Source of the DNA: a virus
Virus record (IMG/VR): IMGVR_UViG_3300033463_000364
Reading direction: 5' to 3' (one strand)
DNA: 40,880 nt
The notes under the pieces were generated by a model. That model was given only the letters and a program-made list of their open reading frames with translations, did not search any database and had not been told where the DNA came from. Shown in pieces: positions 28,760-35,663 of this stretch; the first letter of the stretch is position 1; every line of letters starts with the position of its first letter. The translations under genes and the position numbers were made by a program.

Positions 28760-28941
28760 AGAGAATTATCCAGTCAATGTTTTCCGACAAGGAATGGGAC
28801 GCAGACGGCTGTAAGATTACAGGCTTCTGCATAGCATTGTGCGGGTGCGTGCTTTGTTTCTTGCATAATGACCTGGGCGTTCAGCTCGTATGGGCTGGTG
28901 GTGCTATGGTGGCTGGCAAGGCGATCCGGGAGAACACTTGA
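28756..28941 (+). CDS. Small membrane protein (holin/antiholin-like)
   Basis: 61 aa; ATGA-coupled; hydrophobic core ITGFCIALCGCVLCFL ... VWAGGAMVAG. Confidence 0.4.
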   Translation: MKRIIQSMFSDKEWDADGCKITGFCIALCGCVLCFLHNDLGVQLVWAGGAMVAGKAIRENT

Positions 28942-29120
28942 CTGAGAAACAGGTCGAAGCCTACCGCCGGAAGCTGGACGACCCGGAGTATATGAGCCGG
29001 GCAATAGACAAGCTGGCAGAGGAAGCGACAGAGGAGTTTTATGCAGAAAGAGTTAGTGGATATAGCGTTCAACAATTCCATTCGACAGATAAAAAAGGTA
29101 TCGTACCACAAGACGATTGA
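28938..29120 (+). CDS. Possible small protein (TTG start)
   Basis: LTEKQVEAYRRKLDDPEYMSRAIDKLAEEATEEF... in the frame of ORF 28890..29120. Overlaps the next gene by 80 nt. Confidence 0.25.
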   Translation: MTEKQVEAYRRKLDDPEYMSRAIDKLAEEATEEFYAERVSGYSVQQFHSTDKKGIVPQDD

Positions 29121-29691
29121 TGTTGTGTTTGGTGTATACCAGGGCGGCAGCTATGATGGCTGGCTGACGATAAACCTGAAACCGACATCAAGCCTTATTG
29201 ACAAGCTGATAAACGCCGTGGCCTTCGGCACACAGACCGGAGAAGGCCGGGTGCACGCCGGGTACTACAAGGAGATAGTTCACTACTGGGCCGAGTTCTG
29301 GGGTGCGATAACAAACGACAAGGACCTGGTTGCGGCGTCCTGCAAGGGCATACTCATTGCCGGGCGCAGCAAGGGTGCAGCAGAAGCCCTGCTCATAGCC
29401 GTGCGGATGTGGTCCCCGATGTACGATAAAAAGATAATTGTGGGAGCGATAGAACCGCCTCTGGTGTGCGACAAGGAATATGCCAGGTTTGCGGAGCAGG
29501 TGCTGGGCAAGGAGAATATCCAGTGGACATGCTATAAGAATGACATAGTGCCGGGAGTCCCGCCATGGTTCACATTCCCCGGAGTCAAGCACCAGATAGG
29601 CAAGCGGGGCCTGGGGCTCTCCATCAAGGACCATGAGACATCAACGACAAAGGAAGAAGTTATTTATAAAGGGCTGGGATATGTGGAATAA
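29041..29691 (+). CDS. Lipase class-3-like alpha/beta hydrolase
   Basis: RVHAGYYKE followed by ILIAGRSKGAAEALLIA (a G-x-S-x-G nucleophile elbow) resembles the Lipase_3 layout (VHxGF ... GHSLGGA). Confidence 0.45.
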   Translation: MQKELVDIAFNNSIRQIKKVSYHKTIDVVFGVYQGGSYDGWLTINLKPTSSLIDKLINAVAFGTQTGEGRVHAGYYKEIVHYWAEFWGAITNDKDLVAASCKGILIAGRSKGAAEALLIAVRMWSPMYDKKIIVGAIEPPLVCDKEYARFAEQVLGKENIQWTCYKNDIVPGVPPWFTFPGVKHQIGKRGLGLSIKDHETSTTKEEVIYKGLGYVE

Positions 29692-29998
29692 GATCATGGA
29701 GTGCTGCGGGTTCATACTGGCCTGCATAATGGCTATTTTCCTGGGCAAGCAGTATTCACAGAAGAAGGCTGCCGAGAAGGAGGCCAGGAAAGCCGAGGCG
29801 GAGCGCAAGGCAGCCGAGGAGCAGCTGAAGAAAGAGGCGGAGCGCAAGGCCACCGTACAGAAAATGAAAGAGGAGATTTTTAAAGATGCTGAAGAAAAGA
29901 AACAAAGTCTTAATACTGGCAGTGCTGCTGACAGGTTTAATGCTGCTAACGACATCCTGCGTCACAGAAACAAAGGTGGTGACAAAAGTAATCCATGA
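29681..29998 (+). CDS. N-terminal-TM coiled-coil protein (i-spanin-like architecture)
   Basis: MWNKIMECCGFILACIMAIFLGK followed by K/E/A-rich coiled coil. ATG 29681 is in the frame of ORF 29633..29998. Confidence 0.4.
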   Translation: MWNKIMECCGFILACIMAIFLGKQYSQKKAAEKEARKAEAERKAAEEQLKKEAERKATVQKMKEEIFKDAEEKKQSLNTGSAADRFNAANDILRHRNKGGDKSNP

Positions 29999-30185
29999 AC
30001 TGCCGGATGCAGAGTTCCCGGTGTACCCTGACCCGGAACCAGTCACTGTGGATCTGGCCACAAAGACTGTATCAATGCCGCTTTGGTACTACACTAAGAT
30101 AGCAGAGTACAAGGCAGATGTTGATAAAATCGAAGCACTCTTTGAAAACTTGCGGGAACTGAACGAAAAGGAAAATGCACAATGA
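29886..30185 (+). CDS. Predicted lipoprotein, start embedded in the preceding gene (o-spanin-like arrangement)
   Basis: MLKKRNKVLILAVLLTGLMLLTTSC has a signal-peptide n- and h-region and a Cys lipobox-like site, then a Pro-rich stretch. Overlaps 29681..29998 in another frame. Confidence 0.4.
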   Translation: MLKKRNKVLILAVLLTGLMLLTTSCVTETKVVTKVIHELPDAEFPVYPDPEPVTVDLATKTVSMPLWYYTKIAEYKADVDKIEALFENLRELNEKENAQ

Positions 30186-30466
30186 AAACTTCCGATGACA
30201 TAAAGAAGATAGTGGACAAAGACATGCACATACAGGTGCTCCGGGAGACGCTTACAGACCTCCGCATAGAGAACCTTTTCATAAAGAAGGTGGTGCTCAT
30301 CCTGTTTGTGATGCTGGCCTTTGCCATTGCCGGAATTTTTTTCCAGAGCATGTGGTACCAGCACAGGCTTTTCAGGTTCATGCAGGAATATGAGGTGGTG
30401 TCCGATGTGAATATGAACAACCAGGACAGCTATAACTCCGGAAGTATTATGATTGAAAGGAAGTGA
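30182..30466 (+). CDS. Single-pass membrane protein
   Basis: 94 aa; TM VVLILFVMLAFAIAGIFF; ATGA coupling. Confidence 0.4.
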   Translation: MKTSDDIKKIVDKDMHIQVLRETLTDLRIENLFIKKVVLILFVMLAFAIAGIFFQSMWYQHRLFRFMQEYEVVSDVNMNNQDSYNSGSIMIERK

Positions 30467-30469
30467 TGA

Positions 30470-30637
30470 ATGCCTACGAATATGTCATACACCAGGACAA
30501 TAAGACCGAAAGGCCGGACTCCGAAATTCACCATCCGGCAGGGGGTGACATACAACATCACCACCAACCCGGACGGGACTCCGAAGATCACCAAGATAGC
30601 GTACAGAAAGATAATAAAGAATGACAGCAAAGGTTAA
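30470..30637 (+). CDS. Possible 55-aa basic protein
   Basis: MPTNMSYTRTIRPKGRTPKFTIRQGVTYNITTNPDGTPKITKIAYRKIIKNDSKG fills an otherwise empty gap. No clear RBS. Confidence 0.25.
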   Translation: MPTNMSYTRTIRPKGRTPKFTIRQGVTYNITTNPDGTPKITKIAYRKIIKNDSKG

Positions 30638-30854
30638 GGCCGTCAACAGCTTCTTCCGGGCGGCCATAAAGCCGGAGGTTGACAGGCTCAAGGAGGACAT
30701 CGTTCTGTCCGACAGGCAGGAGGAGATATTCAACCGCTACTACATCCGCAGGCAGGATGTGAATTTCATTGCCGACACGCCGGGTGTCTGCTCCTATGTT
30801 GTCAACAAAGAGCTGAAGGTAATCCGGGAGAAGATCCTGAAAGTCCTTAATTAA
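30621..30854 (+). CDS. Sigma-70 region-4-like HTH regulator (candidate late-gene activator)
   Basis: LSDRQEEIFNRYYIRRQDVNFIADTPGVCSYVVNKELKVIREKI matches the LSxRQxxVF...IA...S..TV....A..KL pattern of sigma region 4 and ArpU/RinA-type regulators. Confidence 0.45.
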   Translation: MTAKVKAVNSFFRAAIKPEVDRLKEDIVLSDRQEEIFNRYYIRRQDVNFIADTPGVCSYVVNKELKVIREKILKVLN

Positions 30855-30967
30855 AAAATACCCGCTTTTCTTTAATAATTACATTCAAAAAATATCCATA
30901 TTAAATGCAATTTTAATACAAAACCTCCTTCCGTAATCCGGGTACATTGTAACCATCGGAGGTTGTT

Positions 30968-31387
30968 ATGTACCCATTTATGAACCCACAGTTCCCCATT
31001 CCACAATACCCGGCCAACTCATTCCCCCAGCAGAACACCAGCCCCCGGCTTGTGATAAAGCAGGTGGGAAGCATCGACGAGGCAAAGGGAGCGATCATAG
31101 ATCCGTTCTCCCTGTTCGTGTTCGTGGACTTCTCCTGCGGAAAAATCTATGTGAAAAAGATGGGAGAGAACGGACAGAGCGAGTTCTACATTTATAACCA
31201 GGAACAGGCACAGAAGCAGGTGGACCCTATGACAGAGATCCGCCAGAGGCTTGAAAAATTAGAGTCACTTTTAGGAGGCGGCAATGGTAAATCCGTTCCA
31301 GATATTTCAGGCAATGAAAAATCCGGTGCAGGCAATAATCAGCCAGCAGGCGGCGAGAATGCGCCAGGCCAACCCGGAACTGTATAG
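30968..31387 (+). CDS. Hypothetical protein (P/Q-rich N-terminus, G/N-rich tail)
   Basis: 139 aa; first gene after an AT-rich 113-bp gap. Its 3-prime 104 nt overlap the next gene. Confidence 0.45.
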   Translation: MYPFMNPQFPIPQYPANSFPQQNTSPRLVIKQVGSIDEAKGAIIDPFSLFVFVDFSCGKIYVKKMGENGQSEFYIYNQEQAQKQVDPMTEIRQRLEKLESLLGGGNGKSVPDISGNEKSGAGNNQPAGGENAPGQPGTV

Positions 31388-31511
31388 CCGGACCATGAAC
31401 CTTATCCAGGGCAAGAGCGAGGCTCAGCTCAAGGAAATAGCAGAGAACATGGCAAAGGACCGGGGGATAAACCTTGCGGATCTTGCCAAGCAGTTCGGTA
31501 TCAATCTATGA
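31284..31511 (+). CDS. Hypothetical helical protein
   Basis: 75 aa; strong RBS TTAGGAGGCGGCAATG. Confidence 0.5.
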   Translation: MVNPFQIFQAMKNPVQAIISQQAARMRQANPELYSRTMNLIQGKSEAQLKEIAENMAKDRGINLADLAKQFGINL

Positions 31512-31559
31512 GGCCGTCGGCCTTGATATAATGCTTCATATTGAAAGGAGAACAAGACT

Positions 31560-32177
31560 ATGGCAGACACAATTATGACCAATGATGGCTTCGGCTTCGG
31601 CGGCGGCATGGGTATCTTCGCCTTCTTCATTCTTGCACTGCTTTTCGGCGGCAACGGATGGGGCAACAACGGCAACGGAAACTCAAACGCTATCCAGGCA
31701 GACGTGAACAGAGGCTTTGACAACCAGAACCTCCAGGCCCAGACAAGAGACATTCTGGGTGCAGTCACCGGCGGCACAGCTCAGACAATAGCTGCAAGCA
31801 CAGCCAACGCTGCAAACGCAATCAACGCCATCAAGGACGGAAACGCAGCTCTCATCAGAGAGTTCGGCAACGTTGAGACTGCACTCACTGCACTGAGCGG
31901 AAAGCAGCAGGAATGTTGCTGCGGCATCCTCCGGGCAGTTGACAGCGTGAATTACAACGGTGCAATCAACACCGCAGCAATCAACGCAAACACCACAGCG
32001 CAGACCCAGAAGATCCTTGACGCACTTGCACAGTCAAAGATTGACTCTTTGCAGGCAAAAGTCCAGACTCTGGAGCTTGCACAGGCCATGGCCGGCGTGG
32101 TGAAGTATCCACAGGCAATGACCTATGGTGCCGGTCCCTCCCCATTCTGCGGATGCGGCTACGGTTATGCAGTTTAA
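31560..32177 (+). CDS. Membrane-anchored Ala/Asn/Gln-rich protein with Cys-rich C-terminus
   Basis: 205 aa. G-rich N-terminus plus TM (GMGIFAFFILALLFGG), a CCC motif, C-terminal PFCGCGYGYAV; followed by a terminator. Confidence 0.5.
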   Translation: MADTIMTNDGFGFGGGMGIFAFFILALLFGGNGWGNNGNGNSNAIQADVNRGFDNQNLQAQTRDILGAVTGGTAQTIAASTANAANAINAIKDGNAALIREFGNVETALTALSGKQQECCCGILRAVDSVNYNGAINTAAINANTTAQTQKILDALAQSKIDSLQAKVQTLELAQAMAGVVKYPQAMTYGAGPSPFCGCGYGYAV

Positions 32178-32227
32178 TCCCTTTTCAGGTTGAATTTTCC
32201 ATCCTTGAGGATGTTGACGATATCGTT

Positions 32228-32257
32228 GAGGGGAGGCCGGGCGCCTTCCCTCTTTTT
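32228..32257 (+). terminator. Rho-independent terminator
   Basis: GAGGGGAGG-CCGGGCG-CCTTCCCTC (one G-U pair) followed by TTTTT. Confidence 0.75.
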
Positions 32258-32271
32258 AAAGGAGGCAGCAG

Positions 32272-32583
32272 ATGACTTGCTGTAAATTCCCAAAGAGGCT
32301 GAGGGCTTCCTCAGTCACAACCACCGGCGGAGCGACCACTATAACAGTTCCAGGTTCCCCTGCGATAAACGCTGGCGACCTCGTGGACGTGCAGCTTTAC
32401 ACTGCAATACCTGACGGCACAGACGGAACCACGCTGACCATCACCAACGGCACACAGACAGGCTTCGTGATGGCTTGTGACGGAAACTACTACAGACCGC
32501 TTCCGCTTCGGAGCAGGACAATCCTAAGAGTCCAGTGGCTTGATGATCCGGCACACTGGCAGCTTGTGGGAGTGCGCAGATGA
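32272..32583 (+). CDS. Hypothetical beta-rich protein
   Basis: 103 aa; RBS AAGGAGG; T/G-rich. Confidence 0.45.
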   Translation: MTCCKFPKRLRASSVTTTGGATTITVPGSPAINAGDLVDVQLYTAIPDGTDGTTLTITNGTQTGFVMACDGNYYRPLPLRSRTILRVQWLDDPAHWQLVGVRR

Positions 32584-32867
32584 TTGACTGTATCAAGAAA
32601 ATCGCCACGCAGATAATCGATGAGCTTATGGACGGCCAAAAGTACATCGATGCGGCCTACAAGTACAGGGAGAGTCATCCGGAGCTGGCGGAGCTCTACA
32701 AGGAGCTGTCAGCCGACGAGCTGGGCCATGCCGAGAAACTTCACGAGGAAGGCTCCAAGATGATCGAGGGGAGCGACGACCACGACTCCAAGGTTATCTG
32801 GGACTGGGAGACCGAGCGGACAAACAAATGGCTGAAGGACATTAAAGTATTGCACGAGATGTACTGA
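32580..32867 (+). CDS. Hypothetical helical protein (ferritin-like E..H pattern?)
   Basis: 95 aa; ATGA-coupled; SADELGHAEKLHEEG segment. Confidence 0.4.
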   Translation: MIDCIKKIATQIIDELMDGQKYIDAAYKYRESHPELAELYKELSADELGHAEKLHEEGSKMIEGSDDHDSKVIWDWETERTNKWLKDIKVLHEMY

Positions 32868-32901
32868 CGGTGTATACTGTTAATGTCAATCATCACGACA
32901 A

Positions 32902-32944
32902 CCCCGGGGACTGCCGCTAACAGTCATAACCCGGGGCTTTTTTT
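32902..32944 (+). terminator. Rho-independent terminator
   Basis: CCCCGGG (32902-08) pairs with CCCGGGG (32930-36), 21-nt loop, then C and T7. Confidence 0.55.
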
Positions 32945-32945
32945 C

Positions 32946-33183
32946 TGATAGCACTCCTGATAGCAACACCCACTTGACAACCTACGATAATCACAATAAT
33001 CTACATTACATATGGGGTTTATTGTGATATAGCAATGCCACATGTGGAGAGCGGCTGGCCTGCTAAGGAAGTATACGGGTAACTGTATCGGGGGTTCAAA
33101 TCCCCCTCTCTCCGTTATGTAGTAAGGATTTACACGATATTGCAAATCCGGAGCAGACCCCCTATGATAGCAAAATGATAGCA
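32946..33183 (+). other. attP region: tRNA-Ser-like core flanked by four direct TGATAGCA arm-type sites
   Basis: TGATAGCA at 32946, 32958, 33165 and 33176, with a variant TGATATAGCA at about 33023. Immediately upstream of int. Confidence 0.65.
33059..33114 (+). tRNA. 3-prime half of a tRNA-Ser(GCU) (anticodon loop to discriminator); fragment, not a full gene
   Basis: CCTGCTAAGG (anticodon loop, GCT), long variable arm TATACGGGTAACTGTATC, T-arm GGGGG-TTCAAAT-CCCCC, acceptor TCTCTCC-G. No D-arm and no 5-prime anticodon-stem strand. Confidence 0.6.
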
Positions 33184-33196
33184 GGAGGTTTGAGAA

Positions 33197-34363
33197 ATGA
33201 ATTATCCTAAGCCGTTTAAAAGGGAGGGTTCCGCATCGCTTTTCTTCAACTACACCGACCCTCTGACCGGAAAGCGCAAGCTGAAGTCCACCGGCACGCC
33301 GAGGGTTGGCGAGAGCAAGGAGTTCATCAAGACTTTCATCGACAGGCTCACTCCCTCCGGCTCCATGACCTTCCGGGAGTATGCGTCCAGGTTCTTCTCT
33401 CCCGAGACAAACCCACGATACATCCGCTATAAGATGGCGGGCAAGCAGTACGGCATAGGCCACATCACGACCATGCGGCAGGTGCTGACAAAGCACGTTC
33501 TGTCAAGGCCGTTTGCAGACCTTGAGTTTGCATCCATAAACAGGGGCGATATCCTTGACCTTCTCATGCAGCTGGGCAAGGAGCTGAAGGACCACCCGGC
33601 TACAATCGACAACATCATAAAGTTCATATCATCAATATTTTCCGAGGCATACTACCGGGAGGATTTGAAATATAATCCGACGCAGAGGCTGACCAGGATA
33701 AACTATGACAAAGAGCAGAGGGAAGTCCTGACTCCGGATGAGATAAGGGAACTGTTCAAGGACCCCGGAACCTGGAGGCATAAACTTGATTATGATGTGT
33801 TCCTGTTCGCAGCATATACCGGGCGCAGGTGCGGCGAGATACTGGGGCTACAGTGGGACCAGATAAAGGACGGCTACTGCTACATAGACCGGGCATACAA
33901 CAGAGGGGAAAAGGGGCTGTCTGTCCCGAAGTGGGACAAGAAGGTTATGATACCGCTCTGCCGGACTCTTCTGGAGAGGCTGCCGGAGAGAGGGGAGAGC
34001 CCCTATGTGTTCACATACGAGGGGCACCCGCTGTCATTGAAATGGTGGGACCGTGCATCGAGGCGGGAGCTCAAGTGCCGCTTCCCCGGCAGGAATATTG
34101 TACCGCACTCCTTCCGGCACAGCCTGAACACAAACCTGATACTTGCGCTGGGAGGCCAGGAGATATTCGTGCGGAAATACATAGGATGGACCGAGAGCTC
34201 AAGGGACACTCAGGCGATATATACCCACATTAAGCCCAGGGACCTGAAGTTCATTGCCGACAAGATAGACGAGATGTACTGCCTTGAGCCGCTATCTCAT
34301 AACAATATTGAGAATGGCGATGGCGATGATGACAGTTCCGGCCAGGCCGTAGGGCCAGTATAA
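33197..34363 (+). CDS. int: Tyrosine integrase
   Basis: AAYTGRRCGEILGLQW (box I Arg), HSFRHSLNTNL (H-x-x-R), DTQAIYTHI (catalytic Tyr context). Confidence 0.9.
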   Translation: MNYPKPFKREGSASLFFNYTDPLTGKRKLKSTGTPRVGESKEFIKTFIDRLTPSGSMTFREYASRFFSPETNPRYIRYKMAGKQYGIGHITTMRQVLTKHVLSRPFADLEFASINRGDILDLLMQLGKELKDHPATIDNIIKFISSIFSEAYYREDLKYNPTQRLTRINYDKEQREVLTPDEIRELFKDPGTWRHKLDYDVFLFAAYTGRRCGEILGLQWDQIKDGYCYIDRAYNRGEKGLSVPKWDKKVMIPLCRTLLERLPERGESPYVFTYEGHPLSLKWWDRASRRELKCRFPGRNIVPHSFRHSLNTNLILALGGQEIFVRKYIGWTESSRDTQAIYTHIKPRDLKFIADKIDEMYCLEPLSHNNIENGDGDDDSSGQAVGPV

Positions 34364-34552
34364 TGCAGGCAGGAGTACGCCTGCAACTATTCCGGCAATC
34401 ACACACAGGGTGGTGCTGCCTGTCTCCGATGCGGCCACTGCGAGAGCTGCGCCGCCAAAAAAGACTATGCCCACTGCTGTCATAATCAATAGATCTTTTG
34501 TTTTTCTGCTCATACCCATATCACCCGGCCACCGTATTCGATCCGTGGCCAT
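34292..34552 (-). CDS. Small membrane protein downstream of the repressor (start probably 34519 or 34513)
   Basis: Two TM stretches (LLIMTAVGIVFFGGAALAVAA, LCVIAGIVAGVLLPAL). Co-oriented with the repressor; the tail overlaps the int 3-prime end convergently. Confidence 0.4.
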   Translation of the reverse strand: MATDRIRWPGDMGMSRKTKDLLIMTAVGIVFFGGAALAVAASETGSTTLCVIAGIVAGVLLPALYWPYGLAGTVIIAIAILNIVMR

Positions 34553-34862
34553 CCCTTTTTTCCTTCCTTAATCCTTGCAGCATCCGGCGCACGGTGTCAA
34601 GCTCATCGTCACCCAGGCCCCGGCACAGCTCTATTATCTCCCGCAGCTTGAACGGCATGTCCTCATCCTCTCCTGTGACCAGGAGACGCACCGAGACACC
34701 GAGCCTGTCTGCAATCATCAGAGCAATATCAACTTTAGGAATTGTTTTCTTTGCTATCCAATCACAGACCCTGCCGCTTGAGTGGCCGGTACAGTCTGCA
34801 ATATCCTTCTGCTTTACTCCCTTCTCGTTCATCAAGGGCAGAGTATTGTCCCAGAAACTCAT
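34521..34862 (-). CDS. XRE/CI-like HTH repressor
   Basis: LMNEKGVKQKDIADCTGHSSGRVCDWIAKKTIPKVDIALMIADRLGVSVRLL is the canonical HTH_XRE pattern. Divergent from the early operon. Confidence 0.8.
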   Translation of the reverse strand: MSFWDNTLPLMNEKGVKQKDIADCTGHSSGRVCDWIAKKTIPKVDIALMIADRLGVSVRLLVTGEDEDMPFKLREIIELCRGLGDDELDTVRRMLQGLRKEKRDGHGSNTVAG

Positions 34863-34888
34863 ATCACCTCCGCCCCTCCCATATATTT

Positions 34889-34894
34889 AGTATA
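34889..34894 (-). promoter_or_regulatory. Possible -10 box (TATACT on the minus strand) of the repressor promoter
   Basis: The minus strand reads TTGTATACT about 25 nt upstream of the repressor RBS/ATG. The -35 is poor. Confidence 0.3.
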
Positions 34895-34912
34895 CAATAG
34901 TTTGGCGAAAAA

Positions 34913-35013
34913 AACTTCACTTTCGAAAAAAAAGTTATAAAAAAGTGCTAAAAAGTGTTGACAAAACTCCGATAATGAAGTTAAGATAGGTTGTAAACTT
35001 CAAAAGCGAAGTT
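34913..35013. promoter_or_regulatory. Operator cluster: AACTTC / GAAGTT half-sites
   Basis: AACTTC at 34913 and 34996; GAAGTT at 34977 and 35008; AAAGTT at 34931. There is a perfect palindrome AACTTC-N6-GAAGTT at 34996-35013. Confidence 0.6.
34958..34987 (+). promoter_or_regulatory. Sigma-70-type early rightward promoter (TTGACA-N18-TAAGAT)
   Basis: TTGACA at 34958-63 and TAAGAT at 34982-87. The -10 overlaps a GAAGTT half-site. Confidence 0.5.
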
Positions 35014-35024
35014 AGGAGGAAGTT

Positions 35025-35177
35025 ATGACAGAGGCAGTGATCCATATTCCAGAAAAGCTGCATGGAATATTAGTTGCCTACAAGAAAGGCGAAGGTGTCA
35101 ACATCAGAAAGCAGATTGAAATACTGGTGAAAGAAAATCCCAGATATGCAGATTATGTGAAAGAGGCATCCAAATGA
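35025..35177 (+). CDS. Small Cro-like/RHH-like early protein (50 aa)
   Basis: RBS AGGAGG; MTEAVIHIPEKLHGILVAYKKGEGVNIRKQIEILVKENPRYADYVKEASK. First gene of the rightward operon. Under 60 aa, so absent from the ORF track. Confidence 0.45.
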   Translation: MTEAVIHIPEKLHGILVAYKKGEGVNIRKQIEILVKENPRYADYVKEASK

Positions 35178-35377
35178 TGAAATTCTACTGCATCAACGAG
35201 GTTGCAGAACTCCTGCATGTGTCACGCTGGACAATCAGCCTGGCATGCAAGCCCGACAGGCGCACGGGGCTGGCGAAGCTGGCCAACCACCGGCTGGGCA
35301 AGCGCATCATCATTTCTGAAGAAGATCTCCAGGAATATCTTAAATCGATAAGAACTGAGGCTTTGAACCCAGTCTGA
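35174..35377 (+). CDS. xis: Excisionase-family / MerR-like HTH DNA-binding protein
   Basis: FYCINEVAELLHVSRWTISLACK ... GKRIIISEEDLQEYL is the typical Xis/HTH_17 pattern. Confidence 0.6.
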   Translation: MMKFYCINEVAELLHVSRWTISLACKPDRRTGLAKLANHRLGKRIIISEEDLQEYLKSIRTEALNPV

Positions 35378-35432
35378 AATACTCCTTTTACAGCACCCTG
35401 GGCCGTGACAGGGGGAAGGAACCACGGCACCC

Positions 35433-35547
35433 GGTGTGAACGGATGGAGGCGGGGAACGGACTCCTCGCTGTTCTGATGCGTCCCGGACAGTTTAAGTAT
35501 TTTCTGTCACGGTCTGCCTCCTGCTGGTTCGACTCCAGCACACACCA
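35433..35547 (+). ncRNA. Candidate structured RNA with tRNA-like T-arm and acceptor end (non-canonical; not a standard tRNA)
   Basis: GCTGG-TTCGACT-CCAGC (35523-39) then ACACACC-A. GGTGTG (35433-38) can pair with CACACC (35541-46). An internal 8-bp stem (35446-53/35514-21) encloses two hairpins. Total 115 nt. Confidence 0.35.
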
Positions 35548-35631
35548 TAGCCCTGGCTCCGTTGGTAGAAGGGGCACACCCGGTACGTTGTGCCGGGAGA
35601 TTTTAGGAATGATTAATAAAATGTTTGCTTG

Positions 35632-35663
35632 AAAAAAAAAGCCGCCAGCGGCAACTGGACGGC
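35632..35663 (-). terminator. Intrinsic terminator oriented for leftward transcription (A9 + hairpin on the plus strand)
   Basis: The minus strand reads GCCGTCCAG-TTGCCG-CTGGCGGC followed by T9. Confidence 0.5.

Noticed and set aside
33046-33114. Complete tRNA gene (GGAGAGC … TCTCTCCG looks like paired acceptor strands)
   Set aside because: There are only 69 nt between the putative acceptor strands, although 18 nt of that is variable arm. There is no D-arm, and the strand 5-prime of the anticodon loop (CTGGC) cannot pair with GGAAG. It is interpreted as a 3-prime tRNA fragment in attP.
32924-33496. 190-aa minus-strand ORF across attP and the int 5-prime end
   Set aside because: It is antisense to the integrase and spans the terminator and tRNA-like core. 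It shows no coding features.
35433-35547. Suppressor or ordinary tRNA, or tmRNA, at the T-arm signature
   Set aside because: No 5-bp stem with a 7-nt loop could be drawn as an anticodon arm. It is 115 nt long with a 6-bp acceptor, and too short for tmRNA with no tag ORF. It is kept only as a non-canonical structured-RNA candidate.
35405-35632. 75-aa plus-strand ORF and 130-aa minus-strand ORF (35185..35577) in the xis-downstream gap
   Set aside because: Both have R/G/S/P-rich low-complexity translations and no RBS, and they overlap extensive RNA-like secondary structure. The minus ORF is also antisense to xis.
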